Counted from the first letter of the stretch, positions 42,571-53,032 are shown. The stretch: DNA of 64,000 bases from Myxococcota bacterium (GCA_017994695.1 JAGOKF010000002.1:21643-85642); one strand, 5' to 3'. Numbers and translations: made by a program. The notes: generated from the letters alone by a model not told the origin.

Positions 42571-43451
42571 AGATCGCCTCCCTGGTGGCCACGGGGCTGG
42601 ACCTGCTGATGCCTGGAGCCGGGCAGGTGGCCCGGGGGCGGACCCGGTCGGGGTGGAACACCCTGGGGGCCTTCCTGGGCGTCGGTTCCCTGCTGGCCTT
42701 CAGCGTGGCATGGATGGGCCTGGACCCCCGGCGGGCCCTGGCGACCCTGGTCATCGCCTGGCTGACCTTCCAGGGGCTGCTGGTGCTGGAAGGCGGGGTA
42801 CGGGCCTCGGCCCCACCCTCCCTCCGACGCGGCCTCGCAGCGTGGCTGGGAGGGATTCTCTTCTGGGCGCTCGTCGGAGCCGTGATCTCCCTCCGGACCG
42901 GCGTGGCGCCCATCCGGGATCATGGCCTCTGGCCCGCCTTCCTCCCCGGGGAATGGGTGCTGGTGCACCGGGTGAACCCGGAAGGCGCCTCGGACCTCGA
43001 GGGGCGGCTGGTCGTCGCCCGCACGCCTTCGCGCCTCGCGATCGCCCGGATCGTGGCCGTGGGCCCGGCGACGGTCGAATGGAACGGTCCGGGACTCGTG
43101 GTGGACGGCAAGGCCCTTCCCCTGGCAGATCTGGGCGATGTGGTCGTCGACGCCCCCTTCCAGGCGTCCGAGGAGGGTGAGGGGCTCCGGGCCTGGATGG
43201 AGACCCTGGCGGACCAGGCCCATCCGGTCTTCTTCTCCCGCCTGGTGACGACCTCCTCCCGGGAGTTCCTGCTGCCCGAGGGGACCGTGCTGCTGCTGGC
43301 GGACAATCGATCGACCCTGGACGCGCTGGACGGAAGGACGCTCGGCCCCCTGCCGATGGGGGACGTCGTCGGCGCCGTGGGTCCCGTGGTCTGGTCGCCG
43401 GGGCCCTGGGGAATGCCCCGATGGCGGCGCATCGGGATGCAGTGGCCCTGA
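42567..43451 (+). CDS. Signal-peptidase-I-like (S26-like) membrane protein; catalytic Ser motif not evident
   Basis: It has N-terminal TM helices, and 'RIVAVGPATVEWNGPGLVVDGK' and 'LLADNRSTLDALDGRTLGPLP' resemble SPase I boxes. It was chosen over the antisense ORF 42453..43223. Confidence 0.4.
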   Translation: MKIASLVATGLDLLMPGAGQVARGRTRSGWNTLGAFLGVGSLLAFSVAWMGLDPRRALATLVIAWLTFQGLLVLEGGVRASAPPSLRRGLAAWLGGILFWALVGAVISLRTGVAPIRDHGLWPAFLPGEWVLVHRVNPEGASDLEGRLVVARTPSRLAIARIVAVGPATVEWNGPGLVVDGKALPLADLGDVVVDAPFQASEEGEGLRAWMETLADQAHPVFFSRLVTTSSREFLLPEGTVLLLADNRSTLDALDGRTLGPLPMGDVVGAVGPVVWSPGPWGMPRWRRIGMQWP

Positions 43452-43492
43452 TCCCGACTATACTTGCAGCGTCCCTAGTGGAGGCCCCTTCG

Positions 43493-44242
43493 ATGAAGTC
43501 GCGCATCTCCGGAGGCTGGATCGTGGCGGTCCTGTTGGGTCTCGGCTGCTCCGGCTCCTCGTCCAACCCCTCGGACACGTCCCTTCCCCCCGAGGACCTC
43601 CCCGCCGACGCGGCCGTCGACGTGCCGGCCGGGGATCTCCCCTCGGAAGACGTCCCGGAACCGGTGGACATGGGACCGGACATGCCTCCCTGCTTCCAGA
43701 CGACCAGCGAGTGGGGCTTCCGAAACCTCTGCGACGGCACCGTGCTGGACACCCGCACGCGGCTGGTCTGGGAAAGGGTCCACTCCTTCGCCTCCGGCCT
43801 GATCGAGGCCCGGAACCTCTGCGAGGCGTCCCAGACCGGGGGCCTGGAGGACTGGAGACTCCCATCCATCGACGAGTTGCGGTCGCTGATCCTGGGGTGC
43901 GACAAGACCGGGCCCGAAGGCACCTGCCCGGTCCACGTTGCCAACGGCCTCTGCGAGGACAAGACCAACGCGACCTGCTGGACGGAGGACTGCTGGGGAT
44001 GCGGGACCGGCGGCGGGCCGGTCCCCTCCCCGAAGGATCCCGCCCGGAAGTGCTACCTGGACGCCACCTTCGAGTGGCAGTGCTCGGTGCCGTACTGGTC
44101 CGGAACCCAGGTCCGGGCCAAGTCCTCCGCGGACCGGCGATCCTGGTTCGTGACGTTCTACGACGCGGGGATTGACGTGCCTCCCAGCATGAACGAGGTG
44201 GGCAACTGGGCGGTGCGGTGCGTCCGCGGGCCGATCCCCTGA
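43493..44242 (+). CDS. DUF1566 (Lcl C-terminal domain) lipoprotein
   Basis: Lipobox 'LLGLGCSG' and the 'DWRLPSIDELRSLI' DUF1566 signature. Confidence 0.65.
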   Translation: MKSRISGGWIVAVLLGLGCSGSSSNPSDTSLPPEDLPADAAVDVPAGDLPSEDVPEPVDMGPDMPPCFQTTSEWGFRNLCDGTVLDTRTRLVWERVHSFASGLIEARNLCEASQTGGLEDWRLPSIDELRSLILGCDKTGPEGTCPVHVANGLCEDKTNATCWTEDCWGCGTGGGPVPSPKDPARKCYLDATFEWQCSVPYWSGTQVRAKSSADRRSWFVTFYDAGIDVPPSMNEVGNWAVRCVRGPIP

Positions 44243-44263
44243 CCCCCCGCCCCTTCCCCCCGT

Positions 44264-46291
44264 TCAGGTCCGGCCCCGGAGGAACGCCTCGACCATCAAC
44301 AGCAGCAACGCCCCCAGCAGCACCGGTGTCACCAGGGACTTCCGGCTCTTCCGGGGCACCGGGGCACCCGTCCCGGGTCGGATCGTCCCCCGGGATGCAT
44401 CGGCGGACAGCCCCGGCCCGAACAGGCTCTCCCGGGGATCGGGCTGCACAACGAAGATATCCCGGAGGCGGGGCGCGCTCCGCCCGTCCCCCCTCGCATG
44501 GACGGCATAGACTCCCGGCTGGTCCGTGCCGGCAAAGACCCCCGGAGGCCCGACCGCCACGACGGTCCCGGAGGGCACCGTGACCCGCAGATCCGGCTCG
44601 CCCTCGGGCCAGCGAAGGGGCCTGGCCTCCCCGGGCCTCGTCGGTTCGGCCTCCGATCCCCCGGACGAGCGGGCAGCCCATTCCAGCGTCTCCCGGAGGA
44701 AGGACACGAAGGCGGGGGACAGGGGCAGATCGTTCCAGGAGGGGTCCAGGCTCGAAAGCCACAGGATGACCCGCCCCTCCCCCAGGGACCCCGCCAGCCA
44801 GAGGGGAAGGCCGGGGCCCACCGAGGCCAGCCGCCGCCATCCCTCGGGCCATCCGGCCTCGGGCAGCGCCACCTGGCGGACCCGGACCTCCCGGATTCGG
44901 GCGGCCACCGACTCGTCCAGGAAATCCGTCCCGGCCTCGATCACCGGCTGCCCCTCCCCCGAGGCCGCATCCAGCAACCGGATGCGCCGCAGGGTTCCCG
45001 GCACCAGGCCCTTCCAGGCGTCGTTCCAGGCCTCCAGGGGGGTCCCGGGACCGGGAGCCAGCCAGAGGGTGCCCCCGGCCCGGACGTAATCCTGAATCGC
45101 CTGGACCCTTTCGGGGGACAGGGGCCCCGGATCGGCGGCCACCACGGCCGCCACCCCGGCCAGTTGCAGCGGGGAGAATGCCCCGACCGGCACACGCCTG
45201 ACCTCCCGAGACCATCCCCCGACGTTCAACCCGAGGGCCCGGCCGACGAAAAAGGCCGGACCCTGCCCCGATGCCGGGCCCTCCAGGACCAGCACCGAGG
45301 CCCGGCTGCCCGCCCCGGCGACGAACCATGCCACGTCGTCGTCCGGCAGGGCATCCGGCGGCAGCCGGACCTCCCCGAACCGGACGTCCTCCGGCAGGTG
45401 GATCCCCACCGACACCGGGCACCGCTGCATCGGCGGGCACTCGACGCGTTCCGCGGTCACCTGGCCGCCGGCCCGGATCGACAGCACCTCGTCCAGGGAC
45501 CGGGAGGTCCCGTTCCACACCTCGGCCTGGACCCGGAAGGCCCCCGATCCCGCCTCGGGGTCCGGCAGCGCCCGGACCTCCAGGATGGCGCGGTTCTCGC
45601 CCGGTTCCCCCCCGGTCACGTCGTCCCGGAGCAGGTGGATCCCGTCCTGGACCTCCTCGGCGCCCCCCCGGGCATCGGCGTTCCGGAAGTCCGACAGGGC
45701 CAGGATCCGCCGGTCCGGGAGGGGATTCTCCCGGAGCCTCCGCCGGGCCGTCGCCAAGGCGGCCGCCAGGTCTCCCGCCTTCCAGGTGGCGGCCATCCGC
45801 TCGACCCGGAACACCGCCTGCACCGGCTCCAGTCCCGGTCCCCGCCGGGGCTCGACCTCCCGGGGTCTGCTGGTGCGGACCAGGAAGACCCTGGATCCCT
45901 CGGGAAGTTCCCCCAGAGCCTGGAGGGCCCGCTGCCGCGCTTCCTCGAAGTCCGACCGTTCCCGGGACTTCCACCGCATCGAGAGGCTGTCGTCGATCAC
46001 CAGGGCCAGCGCCAGGGGCCGCTCCCCGGCCAGGCCGGACGACGGCACCTCCCGGTAGGGGCGGGCGAAGGCCACCGCCACCAGGATCAGCAGCAGCACC
46101 CGGCTTGCCAGCAGCGCATGGTGCATCCACCGCACCCGGAGGGCCGTGCCCGACACCCCCAGGACCAGGCGCATCAGGGCTTCCAGGGGGACGACCGGGG
46201 CCTGCCGCCGGAGCCACAGGTGCAGCCACAGCGGCAGCAGCGCCGCCAGCACCCCCGCGAGCATCCAGGGAGAGGCGAAGCCGATGGTCAC
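44264..46291 (-). CDS. BatA-like membrane protein with a VWA domain (aerotolerance-operon type)
   Basis: The GTG at 46291 overlaps the DUF58 stop. It has N-terminal TM helices, a MIDAS motif 'LALVIDDSLSM', and a C-terminal TM anchor. Confidence 0.7.
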   Translation of the reverse strand: MTIGFASPWMLAGVLAALLPLWLHLWLRRQAPVVPLEALMRLVLGVSGTALRVRWMHHALLASRVLLLILVAVAFARPYREVPSSGLAGERPLALALVIDDSLSMRWKSRERSDFEEARQRALQALGELPEGSRVFLVRTSRPREVEPRRGPGLEPVQAVFRVERMAATWKAGDLAAALATARRRLRENPLPDRRILALSDFRNADARGGAEEVQDGIHLLRDDVTGGEPGENRAILEVRALPDPEAGSGAFRVQAEVWNGTSRSLDEVLSIRAGGQVTAERVECPPMQRCPVSVGIHLPEDVRFGEVRLPPDALPDDDVAWFVAGAGSRASVLVLEGPASGQGPAFFVGRALGLNVGGWSREVRRVPVGAFSPLQLAGVAAVVAADPGPLSPERVQAIQDYVRAGGTLWLAPGPGTPLEAWNDAWKGLVPGTLRRIRLLDAASGEGQPVIEAGTDFLDESVAARIREVRVRQVALPEAGWPEGWRRLASVGPGLPLWLAGSLGEGRVILWLSSLDPSWNDLPLSPAFVSFLRETLEWAARSSGGSEAEPTRPGEARPLRWPEGEPDLRVTVPSGTVVAVGPPGVFAGTDQPGVYAVHARGDGRSAPRLRDIFVVQPDPRESLFGPGLSADASRGTIRPGTGAPVPRKSRKSLVTPVLLGALLLLMVEAFLRGRT

Positions 46292-47247
46292 GGGACCCTC
46301 CTGGAGGAGGGATCCCGGGACCTGCCGACCGGTTCGCGGTCCGCGCCGTCGCCGGTTCCCGGCACCCGGGACTGGATCACCTCCAGGGCCTCCTTCCAGG
46401 CAGCGCGGGCCATCGGGACCGGGAGGTACCGGATGCGCGCCTCGTGGCAGTCCCGCTGCCAGCCGGCCAGGAAGGCCTGCATCGCCTGCAGGTAGGCCCG
46501 CCGCAGGGACCGTGCGTCCATCAGGGCCGTTCCCCGGGTCTCGGGGCTCTGGAAGACCGCCGTCCCCTGCCACGGGAAGGTCCGCTCCTCGGGGGTCAGG
46601 ACGTGGAGCAGGTGCACCGCATGTCCCCGGGAGGCCAGGGTCCGCAGGGAATCCATCACGGGTTCCCGGGGGGTCAGCAGGTCGCTGGCAACCGCCACGA
46701 TCCCCCTCCGCCGGGCCCGGACGACCACCTCCCGGAGGGCCGGGACCAGGTCGGTCCCTCCGCCGGGCCGGGTCCCGATCCACAGGGAGTTCAGGTCCCT
46801 CCAATGGGAAGGCACGGACCGCGGGGGCAGGTGGGCCAGCCGTCCCTCGGAGCAGACCGTCGCCGCCACCTCGTCCCCCTGCTGGAGCAGCACCCAGGCC
46901 AGGGCCGCCAGGAGACCCGCCCCGTGGCGGTATTTCGAAACGCCCCCGGGGGCCTCCCCCATGCTCCCGGAGGCATCGAGGACCAGCCAGGCCGAGAGGT
47001 TCGTCTCGTCGAGGTAGCGCCGGACGTAGGCCCGGTCGGTCCGGGCCAGCACCTTCCAGTCCAGGTGCCGCAGGTCGTCCCCGAAAGCGTAGGGTTTCAG
47101 GTCGCTGAACTCACGGCTCTGGCCCAGGTGGGACGCCAGGTGGACCCCGCTCCGGATCCCCCCGGCGACCATCCTCGGGCGGAAGACGACCCCGGCCAGG
47201 GCCTGGCGGGCCTCCTCCCCCAGCAGGACCTCCGGCAACCGGGGCAT
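46288..47247 (-). CDS. DUF58-domain protein
   Basis: 'SREFSDLKPYAFGDDLRHLDWKVLARTDRAYVRRY' is the canonical DUF58 core. Confidence 0.8.
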   Translation of the reverse strand: MPRLPEVLLGEEARQALAGVVFRPRMVAGGIRSGVHLASHLGQSREFSDLKPYAFGDDLRHLDWKVLARTDRAYVRRYLDETNLSAWLVLDASGSMGEAPGGVSKYRHGAGLLAALAWVLLQQGDEVAATVCSEGRLAHLPPRSVPSHWRDLNSLWIGTRPGGGTDLVPALREVVVRARRRGIVAVASDLLTPREPVMDSLRTLASRGHAVHLLHVLTPEERTFPWQGTAVFQSPETRGTALMDARSLRRAYLQAMQAFLAGWQRDCHEARIRYLPVPMARAAWKEALEVIQSRVPGTGDGADREPVGRSRDPSSRRVP

Positions 47248-47251
47248 CGTC

Positions 47252-48169
47252 CTACTCCCGGAGCACCAGCGACTGCACGACGTCCAGCCCCGATACGCGA
47301 TCCGCCTCGCCGTGGAAGTTCACCACGACCCGGTGGGCCAGGACCGGCACCGCCAGGTCCCGGACGTGGTCCGGGGTCACCGTGAACTCCCCCTGCAGGA
47401 TGGCCCATGCCTTGGCCGCCAGGACCAGGTGCTGGGCGGCCCGGGGGCCGGCCCCCCAGGCCACGTAGTCCCGCACCTCCCGGGTCGCCGTCGGGTCCTG
47501 GGGGCGGGTCTTGCGGACCAGCGCCACCGCCTCCCGCAGGACGTAGTCCGGCGTCGGCATCCGCCGGACCAGGTCCTGGAGCGACAGGACCTCCCGGGGT
47601 CCCATCACCTTCTCCAGCGTCCCCTCCGACAGGCCGGTGGTCTCCTGGACCACCCGCACCTCCTCCTCCGGACTCGGATATTCCACCCGCACGACCAGCA
47701 GGAAGCGGTCCAGCTGGGCCTCGGGCAGCGGGTAGGTCCCCTCCTGCTCGATGGGGTTCTGGGTCGCGAAGACCACGAAGGGCTCCGGGAGGGGATGGAC
47801 CTCCCCCGCCACGGTCACCTGGTGCTCCTGCATGGCCTCCAGCAGCGCCGACTGGGTCTTCGGGGGGGTCCGGTTCACCTCGTCGGCCAGCAGCAGGTTG
47901 GCGAAGACCGGTCCCCGGGCGAACCGGAAGGCCCGCTGGCCGGTCCCCCGGTCCTCCTCCAGGACCTCGGTTCCGGTGATGTCCGAGGGCATCAGGTCCG
48001 GCGTGAACTGCACCCGGCGGAACGACAGGTCCAGGCAGTGGGCCATCACCTTCACCATCGTCGTCTTGGCCAGCCCGGGCACCCCGATCAGCAGGCCGTG
48101 TCCGCCGGCCATCAGGGCCGTCATCAGCAGTTCCAGCGCCCGCTGCTGCCCCACGATCCGGCGGCTCAT
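47252..48169 (-). CDS. MoxR-family AAA+ ATPase
   Basis: Start [15 protein letters not shown] (cat at 48167-48169); '[15 protein letters not shown]'; '[23 protein letters not shown]'. The rest of track ORF 47252..48673 is an upstream wrong-frame extension. Confidence 0.88.
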   Translation of the reverse strand: MSRRIVGQQRALELLMTALMAGGHGLLIGVPGLAKTTMVKVMAHCLDLSFRRVQFTPDLMPSDITGTEVLEEDRGTGQRAFRFARGPVFANLLLADEVNRTPPKTQSALLEAMQEHQVTVAGEVHPLPEPFVVFATQNPIEQEGTYPLPEAQLDRFLLVVRVEYPSPEEEVRVVQETTGLSEGTLEKVMGPREVLSLQDLVRRMPTPDYVLREAVALVRKTRPQDPTATREVRDYVAWGAGPRAAQHLVLAAKAWAILQGEFTVTPDHVRDLAVPVLAHRVVVNFHGEADRVSGLDVVQSLVLRE

Positions 48170-48257
48170 CTGCCCCGCCAGTCGTTCCCAGGCCTCCCGG
48201 GCCTGCCGCACCCGTTCCTCGTCCCGAAGCCACTCCTCCCGCGGGTCCGCCAAGATG

Positions 48258-49784
48258 CTACCTCCCCCTCTCCAGAAGACGCTCCTCCCGCTCGGCCAGG
48301 TCCCTGCGCCCGGCGGACCGGAAGGCCGCCGCCAGCGCCCGGTGCGACTCCGGGTCCCAGGGATCGGTCCGGACGAAGGCCAGCAGCGGATCCACCGCAT
48401 CCAGCCACCGCCCGGCGGCTGCCAGGGCGAGCCCCCGCTCCCGGGACAGCCAGGGAAGTTGCTCCTCGTCCAGGGCCGCCCGGTCCAGCACCTCGAGAGC
48501 CTCCCCGGGCCGCCCCCCCTGTCGAAGCGCTCGGGCCAGCCGCCCGACCACCTCGGGATGGGGATCGGACATCTCCGCCAGGATCTCCCGCAGCAGCGTC
48601 GCCGCATGGAGGGACCGGCCGTTCCCGGCCAGGCGGTCCGCCAGGCGGACCCGGGATTCCACCTCGGGAGCAAGGTCCGGCATCGCCTCCCCGACCCCCT
48701 CCCGCATCACCACGACGGGCCTGGGGCCCCCCTCCTGCGGGACCTCGGTCGTCCGTTCCTGGAGGAAGGCCTGAAACCACTCCCCGGGGCGGACGCCGAC
48801 GACGCGCAGGAACGCGACCTCCGCGTCGCCGCCACGCATCTCGGCCACCAGCCGGGCCACCGCGTCGTCGCCCTTCTGGTGGGTCGTCCAGGCGATGAAG
48901 GCCGCCAGTTCGGCGAAGGCCAGTTGCACCGCCTCGGAACCTCCCAGCGACAGCAGCCCCTCCTCGATGCGGTCCAAGGGGATCCACCGGCGCTGGAGGG
49001 TGGCGGTGTCCAGCAGGCGGCCGGCCGTGCGGCCCACCTCCCCGACCGGGCGTCCCCTCCAGGATCGCTCCCAGGCCTTGGCCACCCCTTCCTGGAACCA
49101 GACCGGGATCCTCCCTCCCCCCCGGACGGTCAGCAGGAAGTGGACGATCTCGTGGGCCAGGGTGTCCGCGTAGGGATAGCCCCAGGGCAGCGCGTCGGGC
49201 GTCACCATCACGATCCGCCGAAGGTCGCAGACGGCCACGGCGCCCGCCGCGTCGAGCCTCGACCGTTCCAGGCCCGTCACCCGGGCCATCTCCTCGAAGG
49301 ACGGAACCAGCCAGACCGGGATCGCCTCCTGGAAGTCCCCCGGGCCTCCCAGCCGGTCCAGGAACAGGTCCAGGGCCTCATCCCCCGCCTCGAACAGGTA
49401 CGGCAGCATCGCCTCCGCGGTCCCCGGGGGATGGAGCACCCGGATCCGCTGCTTCGGCGAGGACGCCTCCACCAGGCCCGCCGCCACCTCCCGACTGCCC
49501 CGGACCACCGGGAGCAGCGACCGGGCCAGGGGATCCCGGCTCCGGGACAGGAAATGGTCCGCCGACTCCAGGTCCCCTTCCAGCAGTTTCAGGGTCCCCC
49601 ACCAGAGCAGGGACTCCCGCCCCGACGGCCCGGTCATCAGCACCCGTCGCATCGCCGGGAGGTCCCAGGCCTGGAAGGCGGCCTGCAGGACCGTCTCCCG
49701 GACCGGGTGGGGAGCCCCGAGGCCCGCCGGCGTCCCCAGCAGGACCCCCAGCATCGGCAGGATTGTCCGGTGCACTCTCCCCAT
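48258..49784 (-). CDS. Secreted HExxH (zincin-like) protein with a TPR-like C-terminus
   Basis: Start [25 protein letters not shown] (signal peptide). '[14 protein letters not shown]' HExxH motif. It is the first gene of the MoxR operon. Confidence 0.6.
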   Translation of the reverse strand: MGRVHRTILPMLGVLLGTPAGLGAPHPVRETVLQAAFQAWDLPAMRRVLMTGPSGRESLLWWGTLKLLEGDLESADHFLSRSRDPLARSLLPVVRGSREVAAGLVEASSPKQRIRVLHPPGTAEAMLPYLFEAGDEALDLFLDRLGGPGDFQEAIPVWLVPSFEEMARVTGLERSRLDAAGAVAVCDLRRIVMVTPDALPWGYPYADTLAHEIVHFLLTVRGGGRIPVWFQEGVAKAWERSWRGRPVGEVGRTAGRLLDTATLQRRWIPLDRIEEGLLSLGGSEAVQLAFAELAAFIAWTTHQKGDDAVARLVAEMRGGDAEVAFLRVVGVRPGEWFQAFLQERTTEVPQEGGPRPVVVMREGVGEAMPDLAPEVESRVRLADRLAGNGRSLHAATLLREILAEMSDPHPEVVGRLARALRQGGRPGEALEVLDRAALDEEQLPWLSRERGLALAAAGRWLDAVDPLLAFVRTDPWDPESHRALAAAFRSAGRRDLAEREERLLERGR

Positions 49785-49874
49785 GGTCGGCACTCTGCCG
49801 AATCCCCGCCGGGAACGCAAGACCGGTTCCGGTCGAGTATAATGACTGCGTCGCCTCTCGAGGGAGGACCAAGG

Positions 49875-50516
49875 ATGCAGCCATCGGGACGGGGAGGGAA
49901 GCGCCCCCGGTCCCGGCGCAAGGCCGGGGCCAGCCTCGAGGATCGCCTGGTCGATCGCTACCTGGAGGCAGGCACCCTGGCCCTGCAGGACGACCGGCCG
50001 GAGAGGCTCGACCCGACGATCCGCCGGGAGATGGAAACCCTGACGGGTGCCGACCTGTCGGACGTCCGGGTCCACACGGGCAGCGGAGCCCGGCGCATGG
50101 CCCAGGTCCTCGGTGCCAGGGCCTTCGCGCTGGAGGGCGGGGACGTGTTTTTGCCCCGGGAGCACTTCGACCCGGCTTCCTCGGAGGGGAAGGCCCTGCT
50201 CGCCCACGAACTGACCCACGTCGCCGAGGGCCAGAGCGGCCTCTCCCGGGTCCCCCGGCGGCCCGTCCGGGAGGAGATGGAGCAGCGGGCCCGGCGAGCC
50301 GAGGAGTTTGTCCTCGCCCAGGAGGATGCCCAACGGACGCCCCCGGCGACCGAGGAGGCCGTCGATCCCGAGCGGGTGCGCCTCCCCGGCCAGGGGGAGG
50401 AGGCCGGGTCCGCCGAGGGACGGGTCGTCCTGGTGGACAAGGACGCCCTGGAACAGAAGGTCTGGGATCGCCTGGAACGGGAGACGCGCCGCCACCGGGA
50501 TCGGCTGGGATCCTAG
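49875..50516 (+). CDS. Stand-alone DUF4157 (zincin-like HExxH) domain protein
   Basis: 'TGADLSDVRVHTGSGARRMAQVLGARAFALEGGDVFLPREHFDPASSEGKALLAHELTHVAEGQ' matches the DUF4157 core, including HExxH. Confidence 0.65.
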   Translation: MQPSGRGGKRPRSRRKAGASLEDRLVDRYLEAGTLALQDDRPERLDPTIRREMETLTGADLSDVRVHTGSGARRMAQVLGARAFALEGGDVFLPREHFDPASSEGKALLAHELTHVAEGQSGLSRVPRRPVREEMEQRARRAEEFVLAQEDAQRTPPATEEAVDPERVRLPGQGEEAGSAEGRVVLVDKDALEQKVWDRLERETRRHRDRLGS

Positions 50517-50670
50517 ATCCGGGCGCAGCACCGATCCGCCACACCGACGCCGGGCTGGAATCGGGCACGGACGGGCCCGAGGGGACGGCCCCTCCCCGGT
50601 GCGGCGCATTGCTTCCGCCGGGTGCCGTTGCTATCTTGTGCCCGGTTTCTTCCGGGAGGCGGGACCTCGA

Positions 50671-52284
50671 ATGTGGAAATTCCTGGTTTTCCTGGGGGTC
50701 CTGATCACCTTCCACGAGATGGGACACTTCCTGGTCGCCCGGCTGCTGGGCGTCACGGTGCTCCGCTTCTCCGTCGGTTTCGGTCCGAAACTGCTGGGAT
50801 TCCGGCGGGGGATCACGGAGTACTGGATCTCGGCCATCCCCCTGGGGGGCTACGTGAAGTTCCTCGGGGACGACCCGGACCATCCCCCCGAGGGGGTGGA
50901 CCCGAAGACGACCTTCCTGTTCACCGACCTCTGGCGAAGGGTCCTGATCGTGCTGGCGGGGCCGTTCTTCAACCTGGCGCTGCCCTTCCTGCTGCTGTTC
51001 CCCCCGAACGCCCTGGAGCGGGAGGTCGTGCCGGCCGTGCTCGGGAGCCTGGCGGTCGGGGAGCCCGCCTGGGAGGCGGGACTGCGCCCCGGCGACCGGA
51101 TCCTGGAGGTGGACGGGCGCCCCGTGGAGGCCTGGTGGGAACTGGTGGCCGAGGTCTCCCGGTCCCCGGGCAGGCCCCTGCGCTTCCGCATCGAGCGAGA
51201 GGGTCGGACGATGGAACTCCCGGTGACTCCGAAGGCGGTGCAACTGGGGGGACTGCGGGAAATCGGCTGGGTCCCCAGCGTCGGGCGCATCGAGGCGTCC
51301 CCGAACCGGACGCCGCCCGTCGTCACGGTCGCCCCTGGGGGACCCGCCGCCCGGGCCGGCATCGGGGATTTCGACGCCCTGCTGGCCGCCGACGGGAAGC
51401 CCCTCTGGGGTCCCGCCGACCTGGAACGGGCCCTGGACGAGGCCCGGCACCGACCGGTGACCTTCGAGGCGGCCCCGACCCGGGAGGACCAGGCGGCGCC
51501 GGGCCCCTCCCGGCAGGTCCTCCTGGGCCCCTTGGGCGACGAGGATCCGGGAATCGCCGACGCGTCCCTGGTGGCCACCCGGGTGGACCCGGACAGCCCG
51601 GCCAGCCAGGCGGGCCTGGAGGCAGGGGACCGGATCCTGGCCCTGGACGGCAGGCCGGTATCGGACTGGGCCTTCCTGGTCCAGGGAATCGCCCGGGATC
51701 CCGGCGTGCCCCACGCGATCGAGGTCCTCCGCGGCACCGAGAGACGGACCCTCACGCTGGATCTCCGGAACCCCGACTGGAAACCGGGATCGGCGAATCC
51801 CCGGTGGCGGGCCCCGGGCATCCAGGTGCGCCGGGCGGTGCTGGAGGCTCCCCTGATCCCGAACCAGGCGCCGTTCCGGTACGCCTGGTACCAGACGACG
51901 ACCCGGACCCGGGAGATCCTGGCGGTGACCGCCGCGGGCCTCTTCGGGCTCTTCACCGGCAAGGTCTCCCTGAAGGAGATGGGCGGCCCCCTGATGATCT
52001 ACGACATCGCCGCCACCGCCCGGGCCGTGGAGGACTTCCTGGACCGGATGGCGTGGCTGTCCATGAGCCTCGCCCTGCTGAACCTGCTGCCGATCCCCGT
52101 GCTGGACGGAGGACACCTGCTGATGTTCACGATCGAGGCGGTGCGCCGGCGACCGGTGGGACCCCGGGGGCGGCAGGTGGCGAACTGGATCGGCCTGGCG
52201 TTCCTGCTGGGTCTGATGGTGCTGGTGTTCGTGAACGACATCGAGCGGAAATGGGGCCTCTTCTCCCGCCTGGCGGGCGGATAG
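50671..52284 (+). CDS. rseP: RIP metalloprotease RseP (site-2 protease, M50 family, with PDZ domains)
   Basis: 'ITFHEMGHFLVAR' and a 'LDGGH'-type motif near the C-terminus. Confidence 0.9.
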   Translation: MWKFLVFLGVLITFHEMGHFLVARLLGVTVLRFSVGFGPKLLGFRRGITEYWISAIPLGGYVKFLGDDPDHPPEGVDPKTTFLFTDLWRRVLIVLAGPFFNLALPFLLLFPPNALEREVVPAVLGSLAVGEPAWEAGLRPGDRILEVDGRPVEAWWELVAEVSRSPGRPLRFRIEREGRTMELPVTPKAVQLGGLREIGWVPSVGRIEASPNRTPPVVTVAPGGPAARAGIGDFDALLAADGKPLWGPADLERALDEARHRPVTFEAAPTREDQAAPGPSRQVLLGPLGDEDPGIADASLVATRVDPDSPASQAGLEAGDRILALDGRPVSDWAFLVQGIARDPGVPHAIEVLRGTERRTLTLDLRNPDWKPGSANPRWRAPGIQVRRAVLEAPLIPNQAPFRYAWYQTTTRTREILAVTAAGLFGLFTGKVSLKEMGGPLMIYDIAATARAVEDFLDRMAWLSMSLALLNLLPIPVLDGGHLLMFTIEAVRRRPVGPRGRQVANWIGLAFLLGLMVLVFVNDIERKWGLFSRLAGG

Positions 52285-52342
52285 AGGCGGGCGGCGCCGG
52301 GGCGGGGCGGACGATCGTCCCCAACACCCGGCAGGAGGCGCC

Positions 52343-53032
52343 ATGCACCCGGGACCCGTCGGCCTGGCCTGCGACACCTCGACCGAGCAGCAGGCCATCG
52401 CCCTGTGGGAGAAGGACCGGATCACCGTCGAGTGGTCCCTGGGAACCCGGGGGGGCACCAGCCGGGGCCTCGCGGGGGACATCGCCATGGTGCTGGCCCG
52501 CCGGGGACTCGATCCCCGGGACCTGGACTTCCTGGTGACCTCCCTGGGACCCGGCTCCTTCACGGGGGTCCGGGTGGTGATGTCCACCCTGAAGGGCATG
52601 GCGATGGCCCTGGGGAAGCCCCTGTTCGGCGTGGACGTGCTGGGGACCCTGGCCTGGCCCCACCGGGGACGGGCGGTGCTGGCGGCCCTGGACGCCCGCC
52701 GGGGCGAGGTGTACGGCGCGGCCTGGGCTCCCGACGGATCGCCCCTGGTTCCCCCCGGGGCCCTCCGGGCGGAAGCACTGGCCTCCCGCGTCGCGAAACG
52801 CCTCCCGGCGGGTGCCCGGGTGCTGGCGGTCGGCGACGGGGTGCTGGCCTGGCGGGAGGCCCTGGAACGGGAGATGGGGGACCGCCTGGACGTGGGGGCG
52901 CCCCGGGACCACCTGGTCCGGGCGTCCGCGATGATCGAGCAGGTGCTGGACGGCACCCTGGCGCCCCTGGACCCGGCCTCGGTCGAGCCGATCTACCTCC
53001 GGCGACCGGATGCCGAGGTTCCCCGGACCTAG
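52343..53032 (+). CDS. tsaB: tRNA threonylcarbamoyladenosine biosynthesis protein TsaB
   Basis: 'LDFLVTSLGPGSFTGVRVVMSTLKGMAMALGKPLFGV'. Confidence 0.82.
   Translation: MHPGPVGLACDTSTEQQAIALWEKDRITVEWSLGTRGGTSRGLAGDIAMVLARRGLDPRDLDFLVTSLGPGSFTGVRVVMSTLKGMAMALGKPLFGVDVLGTLAWPHRGRAVLAALDARRGEVYGAAWAPDGSPLVPPGALRAEALASRVAKRLPAGARVLAVGDGVLAWREALEREMGDRLDVGAPRDHLVRASAMIEQVLDGTLAPLDPASVEPIYLRRPDAEVPRT

Noticed and set aside
42453-43223. A 256-aa minus-strand ORF overlapping the SPase-like gene.
   Set aside because: The plus-strand frame gives hydrophobic TM helices and SPase-like boxes, and is translationally coupled upstream. The minus-strand frame is compositional junk.
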